Below, piece by piece: positions 1-7,420 of a DNA stretch of 20,000 bases. The translations under genes and the position numbers were made by a program. The stretch's first letter is position 1; each line of letters begins with the position of its first letter. A model generated the notes under the pieces. It saw only the letters and a program-made list of their open reading frames with translations, was not told the DNA's origin and searched no databases. Source of the stretch: an uncultured virus (IMG/VR IMGVR_UViG_2898748948_000001) (lineage: Duplodnaviria; Heunggongvirae; Uroviricota; Caudoviricetes); the IMG/VR virus record IMGVR_UViG_2898748948_000001; one strand, 5' to 3'.

Positions 1-214
1 CGTACTCGTCCATCACATAGATGCGGCGGGATCCCACCTCCATGGGGTTGCCGCAGCGGTTTTCCATGGTGACCCGGTGCATGTACCGGCCATCACTCAT
101 GCGATCCAGATGGGGATGCAGCAGCCGCGTGATGCGCGATGCGCTGGGGGGCTTGCGTTCGCCGCCCCCCGGCACGACCTTCCCAAAGAAGGCTGGGTTC
201 AAAGGCTGGATCAT
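1..214 (-). CDS. Hypothetical phage protein (partial; runs off the window)
   Basis: ATG at 214-212 overlaps the DUF1064 stop (ATGA coupling); frame MIQPLNPAFFGKVVPGGGERK... is open to base 1. Confidence 0.6.
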   Translation of the reverse strand, partial: MIQPLNPAFFGKVVPGGGERKPPSASRITRLLHPHLDRMSDGRYMHRVTMENRCGNPMEVGSRRIYVMDEY

Positions 215-774
215 TTGACCAACCTCACTTCCAGGCCCAGCAAAGCCTTCATCAGGTGGCGCTTGAGCTTGAATTCGGGGGTCAGCACGCCCTTCACGTC
301 TTCAATCACCTCCACGCCCTTTTCCACATAGACAAAATCGGCCACGTAGCAAATGGCCTTCTTGACGCGGCTCGCATCGGCAAACTTCACGGCGGGCACC
401 AGCTCATAGGCCACCTGGCGGCGCAGCTCGGTGATTTCCCCTGCGCGCAACTGCATGCACAGATGTCCCCAGCGGCGGGCCTCGGCGCGGCTATCGAACT
501 TCACCCCATCGGGGGTGACGGTCTTCTTGTTGCCGTACTTGGCTCCACCGGCTCCAGATCGCTTGGCCGTGGCTTGAACCCCAGGCGCTTGAGCTCGGCT
601 CGCACCGCCTCCCGCATTCCCGGCCACAGGCCGTGCCCATGTGTCACGGATTCCTCTTCCAACTCCGTAGCCCTGTGCCTTGAGTAGTGCCACCACCCCG
701 GCGTCATTGCCAGCCGCACCAGATGGTCTCTGGCGGCTAGGTAGTGCGGTGGTAAATCGTTTGGCATTCATCAC
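211..774 (-). CDS. DUF1064-family PD-(D/E)XK-type phage endonuclease
   Basis: Motifs KYGNKKT..DGVKFDSRAEARRW, YVADFVY, VIEDVKG..TPEFKLKRHLM; start uncertain because the N-terminus is low-complexity. Confidence 0.85.
   Translation of the reverse strand: MMNAKRFTTALPSRQRPSGAAGNDAGVVALLKAQGYGVGRGIRDTWARPVAGNAGGGASRAQAPGVQATAKRSGAGGAKYGNKKTVTPDGVKFDSRAEARRWGHLCMQLRAGEITELRRQVAYELVPAVKFADASRVKKAICYVADFVYVEKGVEVIEDVKGVLTPEFKLKRHLMKALLGLEVRLVK
501..767 (-). CDS. Possible overlapping small phage protein (alternative frame inside the DUF1064 N-terminal extension)
   Basis: Protein-like sequence MPNDLPPHYLAARDHLVRLAMTPGWWHYSRHRATELEE; shares the GGAGG RBS upstream of 771/767. Confidence 0.4.
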   Translation of the reverse strand: MPNDLPPHYLAARDHLVRLAMTPGWWHYSRHRATELEEESVTHGHGLWPGMREAVRAELKRLGFKPRPSDLEPVEPSTATRRPSPPMG

Positions 775-1556
775 CTGCCCTCCTGCTGGTAGGCCAGCAC
801 AGCGGCGGCGGTCTTGCGCTTGTCTTGGTTCAGGCGCATGCGGTCTGCCCGGGCCAGAACCTGGGCATGGGTTAAGCGCCCAGCCTTGCGGGCGAAGTGG
901 TCGCGCAGCTTGGCCAACTGCTGCAGCGCGGTGCGTTCTGCTCCTGATGGAGCAATCTCCGGCGCAGGCAGCGCCAGCGCAGCGCGTGGTGCAGGTAGCT
1001 GCAGTTGGTGGCGAACATCCTCGGTCAAGGCTTCCAGACCGCCCGGCAGGCGCCCTGCAGTCATGGCCTCCTGCAAGGCGCGGGTGCGCCCCTCGGGGTC
1101 ATGACCAAGGCTCACTTGCACCACAGGATGCTGGCGCAGCGCGCGGGCTTCGCCAGTAATGCGGCCGTATGCCTCAACGAAAGCCTGTCGGGCACCGAAC
1201 TTGTCGCCAGCACGCAGCAGCGGCGCAGCCACGGCCCAGGCATCGGCAATCTCGTTCGTCCACACGATGGTGGCGCGGTCGTCCGAGCTGGACAGCGCCA
1301 GCGCATAGGCTTCCGCCGGCAGCAGCCGGCCCATGGCATGGTCCACGTACTGCAGCACGGTGCCGGTGAGGATCTGGCCTTTGTGCTCGGCACGGATACG
1401 GGCGAGTGCCATGCGCAGCAGCGACTTGTCGATGTGCTCCAGGTCAGCAGCCAGCAACTTCAGCGATGCGGGGCGAATCTGCTGCCCGGAAAGCTCCATG
1501 GTCGCGCCCAGTTCTTCGATCAGCCAATCGGTGTCGTTCTCGTTAAGCATTGCCAC
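771..1556 (-). CDS. Phage protein in the lambda-P (helicase loader) position
   Basis: 261 aa helical protein overlapping the stop of the O-like gene, with an RBS; function inferred from synteny only. Confidence 0.65.
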   Translation of the reverse strand: MAMLNENDTDWLIEELGATMELSGQQIRPASLKLLAADLEHIDKSLLRMALARIRAEHKGQILTGTVLQYVDHAMGRLLPAEAYALALSSSDDRATIVWTNEIADAWAVAAPLLRAGDKFGARQAFVEAYGRITGEARALRQHPVVQVSLGHDPEGRTRALQEAMTAGRLPGGLEALTEDVRHQLQLPAPRAALALPAPEIAPSGAERTALQQLAKLRDHFARKAGRLTHAQVLARADRMRLNQDKRKTAAAVLAYQQEGR

Positions 1557-2472
1557 CCTCCTTGCTCCGTCGCATCAAGCGCTTGGCTTCCTCGATGGCA
1601 TCGAAGTTCGCGCTGCTCTTGTCGGCTGCCTGCGCAGCCGTCGCCGTCACGGCCAGGCCGCGCGCCCACTGGGTGCGATAGCCCTCGGCCTGGTTGACCA
1701 GCACGCCCATGCCGTGGGAGTTCTTCACAACAAAGGCCTCATTGACGTTCGACACGTACCACGCGGCCACCAGCGGCGCCTCCTCGTGGCCCAAGCGCTT
1801 GACCAGCGCTTTGACGTTGGCATTCACCGGGGCGTTGCGAACGGGCTTAACCCCGTATCGCTGCTCAAACGCGAAGCTGTAGGCCGCCCAAGTCTCCCGG
1901 CAAGCAGTCTGCAGTGCGGTTTCCTCGGTGTTCTCAGGTTGCCCTGCACCACCACGACCCGACTGCAAAGCAGGCGGGGATGGTTCATTGGCGGTTAAGT
2001 GACGGTTCAACTGATGATTTGGGGGCGGCATTTGCCCCTCCAGACCTGCGGCATCTGCCGGGGCTGGGGCGGCATTTGCCGGGGGTACTGCGGCATTTGC
2101 CGGTGGGGCGGCATCTGCACCCGGGGCGGCAGCCGCAGGGGGGGCGGCATTTGCCGCCACATCGGTTTTGCGCTTGGTGGTGCGCTTGCTCTCTGCCGGA
2201 GCCTTGGCAGGGTCAAAGCGCTTGGGGCAGACGGTGTAGCTGGTGCTTGTGTTGTGGCGGTACTCGCGGAACACAGCGCCAGCCGCTTGCAGCCAGGCCA
2301 AGGCATCGCGCACAGCGCGCTCGGACAGGCAGGTACGTGCGGCGATTGTCCCGACCGCAGGCCAGCACACGCCATCGTCGTTCGCTTGATCAGCCAGAGA
2401 AATAAGAACAGCCTTCTGGCTCGGGCTCATGCCCTGCAGGGGCCAGCAGGCCGCCATGATGATCGTGCTCAT
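1543..2472 (-). CDS. Phage replication initiator (O-like, N-terminal winged HTH)
   Basis: N-terminus MSTIIMAACWPLQGMSPSQKAVLISLADQANDDGVCWPAVGTIAARTCLSERAVR is typical of HTH_36 phage initiators; internal iterons; ATGA overlap with the antirepressor stop. Confidence 0.85.
   Translation of the reverse strand: MSTIIMAACWPLQGMSPSQKAVLISLADQANDDGVCWPAVGTIAARTCLSERAVRDALAWLQAAGAVFREYRHNTSTSYTVCPKRFDPAKAPAESKRTTKRKTDVAANAAPPAAAAPGADAAPPANAAVPPANAAPAPADAAGLEGQMPPPNHQLNRHLTANEPSPPALQSGRGGAGQPENTEETALQTACRETWAAYSFAFEQRYGVKPVRNAPVNANVKALVKRLGHEEAPLVAAWYVSNVNEAFVVKNSHGMGVLVNQAEGYRTQWARGLAVTATAAQAADKSSANFDAIEEAKRLMRRSKEGGNA
2025..2155. repeat. Iteron array, putative phage replication origin
   Basis: Seven copies of GCGGCATYTGCC-like 12-mers at 2025, 2048, 2069, 2090, 2108, 2126 and 2144, inside the initiator gene as in lambda ori. 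Confidence 0.8.
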
Positions 2473-3248
2473 GCTGTCACCCCGCCGCTCTGCTTCAGGC
2501 GCACCTGGTGCTGACCCCACAGGCCCGCGATCCACTCCACCCCCTTGGGGGTGAACTTGTAGTGAACGAAGGCGTGTGAAGTTTCGCCGTGCTCTGCTGT
2601 GCCTGTCTTAGCCTCAAAGCGGCCGTTATGCATGTGCTCTGCACGCGGCGTGAGCGGGCTCTTTGGAGTGGTGCGATACATCAGGCCGCGCTTCAGCAGG
2701 AAATCGGTGAACTCGTTCAGCTTGGCGCCAAGGACTTTGCATACCTCACGCACACCCATGCTGCCAGTGCCTGGCTGCACGTAACGGTCCACAAACTCCG
2801 CCTTTGGTGCGGCCAGCGCCAGCGCTTCTTCGGCCTTGATGCGTGCTTGCTCGGACTCAAGGGCCTGTTGCAGCACCTCAAGTTTGCTGAGCTCTCGGGC
2901 TTGGGACCTGGTGCGGAAGTAGATGTTGGTCAGCTGGCGCTGCACGCTCCAGGCCAAGTCATCAGTGAAAGACTTCACCAACATCAGGTAGCCAGGCTCG
3001 GCCAGCAGGATCACATCCTCGCTCGCAAACTTAGAGTGGTTTGGATCGAGGTGACGACGAAATTCGTCGGCGCCTACTTTGAAGTAGTCCTCGCCCTCAA
3101 TGAGGCGGTGCTTGTGCTCGCGAAAGTTTCGACCTGCAGTTCCTTCGGGACGACCGTGGACAGAATCGACTTGTGCCAGCGTGACAACACGCTTGCCCAT
3201 GTATTCGATCACCTGCAAGGAGGTGTTGTTGATGACGATGCTGGACAT
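2469..3248 (-). CDS. Phage antirepressor (ORF6N N-terminal domain + ANT/KilAC C-terminal domain)
   Basis: IEYMGKRVVTLAQVDSVHGRPEGTAGRNF...GYLMLVKSFTDDLAWSVQRQL (ORF6N); APKAEFVDRYV...KFTPKGVEWIA (ANT). Confidence 0.88.
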   Translation of the reverse strand: MSSIVINNTSLQVIEYMGKRVVTLAQVDSVHGRPEGTAGRNFREHKHRLIEGEDYFKVGADEFRRHLDPNHSKFASEDVILLAEPGYLMLVKSFTDDLAWSVQRQLTNIYFRTRSQARELSKLEVLQQALESEQARIKAEEALALAAPKAEFVDRYVQPGTGSMGVREVCKVLGAKLNEFTDFLLKRGLMYRTTPKSPLTPRAEHMHNGRFEAKTGTAEHGETSHAFVHYKFTPKGVEWIAGLWGQHQVRLKQSGGVTA

Positions 3249-3689
3249 TTAGACGCCCCCCATGGATTCGGGGGCCCTAAACGGACCTATGAGCTTGGCA
3301 AGCGCGTCGATACGCTTGTCGTCATGGTTGATCTTTTCCACCACCATTTGCCTGTAGCTCTTGCCGTGCACCAGGACGTAGATGCAGTCGCGCAGCACCC
3401 CTGCCGTGTCCTGGCCGCGCTGGGAGCAGTGCTGCAACCACAGATCATGGGTGAGCTCGTCTATCTTGGTCTTGGCGTCACAGGTCAGCTTGCCCAGAGG
3501 GCCAGCGATGCCGCGCGCAAACATGGGGGCAGGCTCGTCACCAGCCAGATGGGCAATGGCGTGATCCAAGACCTCCTGAGCGTCTTCGGGCTGCAGACCC
3601 TTGAGCGCATCTACTACAGCAGCAAGCGCAGTGTTCTGAGCCTTGGACAGGTGCGGGAGTTGCGTAATGCGTTTGGTGGTGTCAGTCAT
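3249..3689 (-). CDS. Phage regulatory protein in the cII position
   Basis: ATG at 3689 with AAGGAGG RBS, overlapping the cro stop; function from position only. Confidence 0.65.
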   Translation of the reverse strand: MTDTTKRITQLPHLSKAQNTALAAVVDALKGLQPEDAQEVLDHAIAHLAGDEPAPMFARGIAGPLGKLTCDAKTKIDELTHDLWLQHCSQRGQDTAGVLRDCIYVLVHGKSYRQMVVEKINHDDKRIDALAKLIGPFRAPESMGGV

Positions 3690-3903
3690 TGCCCACCTCC
3701 TTGGTCGAAGTGGATGGCTGCGCCAGCTCGTGGCTGGAACACTTTTCTTTCTGCATGCGCCACAAGGCGGCCTGAACGCGGTCAACGATGCGTGCCGGAA
3801 GCACATCAGGCCACTGATTGACAGCTTGGTAGCTCACGCCAATTGCTTTAGCGGCAGCTGGAATAGAGCCGCCCAGTTGTTGAATTGCTTCAGCTTTATT
3901 CAT
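3682..3903 (-). CDS. cro: Cro-like HTH repressor
   Basis: MNKAEAIQQLGGSIPAAAKAIGVSYQAVNQWPDVLP; divergent from cI. Confidence 0.88.
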   Translation of the reverse strand: MNKAEAIQQLGGSIPAAAKAIGVSYQAVNQWPDVLPARIVDRVQAALWRMQKEKCSSHELAQPSTSTKEVGND

Positions 3904-3911
3904 CCTTGGAT

Positions 3912-3980
3912 TGAATCATGATTCACCACAATACGCAATCACAATTCACTTCCGCTCAAGCATATTTCAACCATGATTGA
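3912..3980. promoter_or_regulatory. OR-like operator cluster (three 14-bp sites)
   Basis: TGAATCATGATTCA 3912-3925 (perfect palindrome), GCAATCACAATTCA 3935-3948, TCAACCATGATTGA 3967-3980. Confidence 0.8.
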
Positions 3981-4641
3981 ATACAGCGAGCGACTAAAGG
4001 CCGCCATGGATGAAAGGTCGGTGTCGGTGTCACAGCTTGCCGCCGGCATGGGGGTCAGCTATCAAGCAGTGAAAAGAGCCCTTGACGGCCTGTCAAAAGC
4101 CTTTTCCGCCGCAAACAACACCAAGGCCGCAGCATTTCTGCGCGTGAGCCCAGACTGGCTTGCAACCGGATCTGGCTCTATGGCCGCAAACTTCGATGAA
4201 AACGTCAAACCAACGCCACCAGGCATGCGCGCCTACCCTGTCATCTCAAAGATACAAGCAGGGCTAGTGAAAGAGATCGTGTGCCCATATGAGCCTGGCG
4301 ACGGCTTTGCCGTTGAGTTCGGCGAAGACGATGCCTCTGACTGGGCCTTCTTTTTTGAGATCGAAGGCGACTCAATGCTCCCTGAGTTCCGCCCAGGTGA
4401 CAGGGTTTTGATCGATCCCGAAGTGTCCCCTCGTCCCGGCGACTTTGTTGCCGCACGTAATACGAGACAAGAGGCAACCTTCAAAAAGTACCGAGTGCGT
4501 GGCATCGATGAGGCTGGTCAAGAGATTTTTGAGCTGGTGCCTCTGAATGACGACTACCCCGTGATGCGAAGCGATGAGCACCATCTTGTTGTCATCGGGA
4601 CCATGCTGGAACATCGGCGCAAATTCCGCAGACGGTCATGA
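3973..4641 (+). CDS. cI: CI-like repressor (HTH + S24 autopeptidase)
   Basis: N-terminal HTH, Ala-Gly cleavage site (IQAG), catalytic Ser in GDSM and Lys in TFKK. Confidence 0.93.
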   Translation: MIEYSERLKAAMDERSVSVSQLAAGMGVSYQAVKRALDGLSKAFSAANNTKAAAFLRVSPDWLATGSGSMAANFDENVKPTPPGMRAYPVISKIQAGLVKEIVCPYEPGDGFAVEFGEDDASDWAFFFEIEGDSMLPEFRPGDRVLIDPEVSPRPGDFVAARNTRQEATFKKYRVRGIDEAGQEIFELVPLNDDYPVMRSDEHHLVVIGTMLEHRRKFRRRS

Positions 4642-4712
4642 TGCGCTTCGGCCACCCTCACTAGATACCGCTCCAGCGAATCCCTACGCTCTTGAAGCGA
4701 AGCCTACATCTC

Positions 4713-4734
4713 GCCCGCATAAGCGGGCTTTTTT
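4713..4734 (+). terminator. Intrinsic terminator after cI
   Basis: GCCCGC-ATAA-GCGGGC followed by TTTTTT. Confidence 0.8.
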
Positions 4735-4777
4735 CGTCTGCTGGGTGCATAGCTATGGCCTCTCTCATCGTTCAGAT

Positions 4778-4840
4778 TGAATCTGTATTCACATTAAATT
4801 GAATCAAGATTGACACAAGCGACTGAATCATGATTCAATT
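4778..4840 (+). promoter_or_regulatory. OL-like operators and pL-like promoter
   Basis: TGAATCTGTATTCA 4778-4791, TGAATCAAGATTGA 4800-4813, TGAATCATGATTCA 4824-4837; TTGACA at 4810-4815; -10 hexamer not canonical. Confidence 0.78.
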
Positions 4841-4844
4841 ACTC

Positions 4845-5172
4845 ATCGCAGCAGAAAACCGAAGCGATGGGTGCCAAGTGATCGAGCCAGCACCGAAGCT
4901 CATGCAGCCGCACGGCTGGGTAAACACAAGGCACCGCGGGCGGCAGCGGGATACAAAAGGTCGTCGGTCGCTCTAGTCAGTACTGCTCTGCCCCCGGATG
5001 GGATCGGCAACAGGAACATCGAAAGGCCACGCGAAATCCATCCGCTGGGTTCCATACGGCGGTGAGGCATACAGGGAGGCCGAGAGCAAAAACGCCCAGC
5101 GCGCTAGCGCCGCCACCCGGAGCGCATCCGGGGTTCAAACCAAAGCCTTGCTTGCAGGGCTGCGGTTTGACC
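4845..5172 (+). ncRNA. Putative structured pL leader RNA
   Basis: No credible ORF; nested inverted repeats (GGTGCC/GGCACC, CAGCCG/CGGCTG, TGCTCT/AGAGCA, GGATGG/CCATCC, TCAAACC/GGTTTGA). Confidence 0.45.
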
Positions 5173-5233
5173 ACACAAACAATAGCGAAACTAATAATTT
5201 CCTCAAATTTGATCAAGGTTGAGTTACCATCAA

Positions 5234-5250
5234 CCTATCAAAATGATAGG
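5234..5250. promoter_or_regulatory. Palindromic operator of the TA pair (putative)
   Basis: CCTATCA-AAA-TGATAGG directly upstream of the DUF4258 start. Confidence 0.5.
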
Positions 5251-5259
5251 AACCATCTT

Positions 5260-5565
5260 TTGACAAGCCTGTCAAATCACCAGCTGGAACGCTTCATTCA
5301 AGAGTGTGCGCAAGAGAGCTTTAACGTCATGTTCACCAAGCATGCTCAGCAGCGAATGAGGCAAAGAGGTGTGACACAAATGATGGTCCTCGAGGCTTTG
5401 CGGCTGGGTTGTATGCGTCGCAAGCCTGAGCCCGACATCAAATTCACAGGCCTAAAGTGCCGAATGGAAAGGCTGGTTTCTGGAGTTTTGGTTGGGGTTG
5501 AGGTCTACATAGATCATCCTGCCCCAGATTTGACGGTAGTAACGGTAATTAATTTAGGAGAGTAG
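5260..5565 (+). CDS. DUF4258-family putative toxin (RelE/BrnT-like RNase)
   Basis: FTKHAQQRMRQRGVT...EALRLG...LTVVTVI signature; TTG start inferred. Confidence 0.78.
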   Translation: MTSLSNHQLERFIQECAQESFNVMFTKHAQQRMRQRGVTQMMVLEALRLGCMRRKPEPDIKFTGLKCRMERLVSGVLVGVEVYIDHPAPDLTVVTVINLGE

Positions 5566-5567
5566 TC

Positions 5568-6056
5568 ATGTACCACTATACGGACGGGGGCCTCCGCAAC
5601 GTGTGGTTGGCCAATGGTTACAAGGTTCGCAAAACACCCCATGGAGACGCTGTCGCGATCCACGACATTGAAGGACTGACGGAAACGCTCTGCAAGACAT
5701 TTGTCCAAAAGCCTCGCGCACTGTCTCGCACAGAGTTTCGCTACATTCGCACGTCAGGCCTACTTCTGTCCCAAGCAGCCCTGGGCTCTGCGCTTGGTGT
5801 TGACGCACAAACTGTAGCTCGATGGGAGAAAGACAAACACATCCCCAAGATGGCTGACAAGATGATCCGTCTGATCTACTTGGAGCATGCCAACGGCAAT
5901 GTGCGCCTCAAGAGTGCATTTGAGACTTTGCGCGCTGTGGAGAGGGCTATGAATGGCCCTCAGCCCACCCGAGTCGTCGTGGAATCCAAAGGGGAGCACT
6001 GGGAGTCGCGCCTTGAAGAAGGCGACGAGTTAAACGAAGAAATGGAACCAGCCTAA
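5568..6056 (+). CDS. XRE-HTH putative antitoxin (MqsA/HigA-like)
   Basis: MYHYTDGGLRNVWLANGY N-terminus and HTH LSQAALGSALGVDAQTVARWE; AGGAG RBS; 2 nt after the toxin stop. Confidence 0.82.
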   Translation: MYHYTDGGLRNVWLANGYKVRKTPHGDAVAIHDIEGLTETLCKTFVQKPRALSRTEFRYIRTSGLLLSQAALGSALGVDAQTVARWEKDKHIPKMADKMIRLIYLEHANGNVRLKSAFETLRAVERAMNGPQPTRVVVESKGEHWESRLEEGDELNEEMEPA

Positions 6057-6074
6057 ATGCTGGCCCACCAAAAC

Positions 6075-6127
6075 AACCCGCCCAGTGCGGGTTTTCTTTT
6101 ACCAGCCACCCAGGAGGTGGCATTTTT
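6075..6127 (+). terminator. Tandem intrinsic terminators after the TA pair
   Basis: AACCCGC-CCAGT-GCGGGTTTTCTTTT and GCCACC-CAGGA-GGTGGC-ATTTTT. Confidence 0.7.
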
Positions 6128-6191
6128 GTACCTGGAGATTCTGAATTCTGAAATGTGAGCTACCCGCCAGCATGCGGCCCGCATGCGCCTT

Positions 6192-6746
6192 CCCCGCAGG
6201 GCTTTAGCGGGGCCATCACGCAGGTGGACTGGACACGGTTCGACTCCGTGGGCTACACCGATGCGCCTTGCGCGCTAAGTCTAGGCGGCCCAGTCCACCG
6301 CCGTGATGGTGCCGGGGGTCGGCTCCCCGGTTATTACAAACCAGGCCTGCAAGGCCCGGCTGGAATACTGCAAGAGGGTAATCGCACCGGTCTTAGGTGC
6401 CCATCATGAACACCCCGGGAAAGTAGCGGGGGCTATCACAGATAGGGAATGCGCAGGCTGATGCGCGATCAGGAGCAAGCCGGAGATCAGCACCGGCCCC
6501 TATCTGTGATGGTGAATGCGCAGTTGCGATGCGCACTGGCGGGTTGTGGCCCACAAAACCATATAGGTCCCGATATGAGTCACGAGCCGGACAAGCAACC
6601 GGCCGCCATCACGACTTGCCGGCGTAAGCGGCAGCTATCTGGCGTGACTGCTCGAGCAGGTACGGCAGTTCAGGAATGGGCCTGAGCTACCGTCAATTAG
6701 GAACTCGGCGCTTTGCGCCGTGGCGACAGTGGTCACGCCAGATGGC
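6192..6746 (+). ncRNA. Array of structured RNA modules (putative ncRNAs)
   Basis: Long closing stems 6213-6309, 6433-6512, 6506-6612 and 6635-6746; T-loop-like arm at 6234-6250; two copies of a kissing-loop motif. Confidence 0.6.
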
Positions 6747-6910
6747 GCAGCAACTTTTATTAACCCAAGTGCGCATTTCTTCTGCCTGACCCTCATCGGG
6801 CAGTGGAACGCTGCGTCATCTACCTTTTTGCCGGGCCTGGGGCCTATCTCCTCCCTCCCTCTCTGAACCATTCCCTAGGCAGACCCGAAAGGTCACCGGC
6901 TCTTTATTCA

Positions 6911-6943
6911 AGCCCGCAGCAACCGCTCGCGGGCTTTTTCTTT
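6911..6943 (+). terminator. Intrinsic terminator
   Basis: AGCCCGC...GCGGGCT-TTTTCTTT. Confidence 0.7.
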
Positions 6944-6959
6944 GCCCTCAGGAGATTCC

Positions 6960-7097
6960 ATGCATTCGACTCCATCCCCTGCCCACACCACAAAGCTGCT
7001 GATTGCGGCGCAATGGGCGCTCACCGGCTTCGGCCTCTTCTGCCTGGTCGGCGCGGCCGTGGTGATCGCACTCACGCCAGAAGCCTGGCCCCTCTGA
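6960..7097 (+). CDS. Small single-pass membrane protein (45 aa; not in the ORF track)
   Basis: AGGAG RBS; MHSTPSPAHTTKLLIAAQWALTGFGLFCLVGAAVVIALTPEAWPL. Confidence 0.65.
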   Translation: MHSTPSPAHTTKLLIAAQWALTGFGLFCLVGAAVVIALTPEAWPL

Positions 7098-7144
7098 GCA
7101 TTCAGCTCGGATAGCTGAACAAGATTTTTGAAGAGGAGATCCTC

Positions 7145-7342
7145 ATGCTGAAGACGATTGTTGATTCCGTGCTGGTCATCGTTGGCGCCCTGCTTCTCGC
7201 AGCCTGGCTGTCCGCGCCCGATGCCCAAGCCGATGAACCCCAAACCATCATCAAAAGCCTGCGCGACGAGTTCGCTTGCCCTGGCATGCATGCCGAATGG
7301 CTGGACGACAAGACGGTGCAGTGCCTCAAAGAATTGCCGTGA
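7145..7342 (+). CDS. Small exported/membrane phage protein
   Basis: GAGGAG RBS; hydrophobic signal-like N-terminus ending AQA; Cys pair in CPG...C. Confidence 0.7.
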   Translation: MLKTIVDSVLVIVGALLLAAWLSAPDAQADEPQTIIKSLRDEFACPGMHAEWLDDKTVQCLKELP

Positions 7343-7420
7343 GTCACCTATGGGGCTTAACACTAACTAGCAAGTAACAATCTAAACTTATACTGAACCC
7401 AATAAGAGATGGAGGAAGCC

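Noticed and set aside
2589..3821. 410-aa plus-strand ORF
   Set aside because: Antisense shadow of the antirepressor, cII-like and cro genes in GC-rich DNA
5062..5259. N-terminal extension of the DUF4258 ORF
   Set aside because: Runs through RNA hairpins and the putative operator; the domain begins near TTG 5260
6153..6158. ATGTGA start-stop minigene
   Set aside because: The nearest GGAG is about 15 nt upstream, too far for an RBS; likely chance
6213..6309. tRNA gene suggested by GGTTCGACTCC
   Set aside because: Only a T-arm-like hairpin is present; it sits near the 5' side of the module, with no D-arm, anticodon arm or acceptor-CCA arrangement
6192..6746. CRISPR array
   Set aside because: No constant-length direct repeats with regular spacers, and no cas genes in the window
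6882..6910. nut site (GACCCGAAAGGTC hairpin plus boxA-like GCTCTTTATTCA)
   Set aside because: Order is reversed relative to lambda boxA-boxB and no N gene is evident; too weak to call
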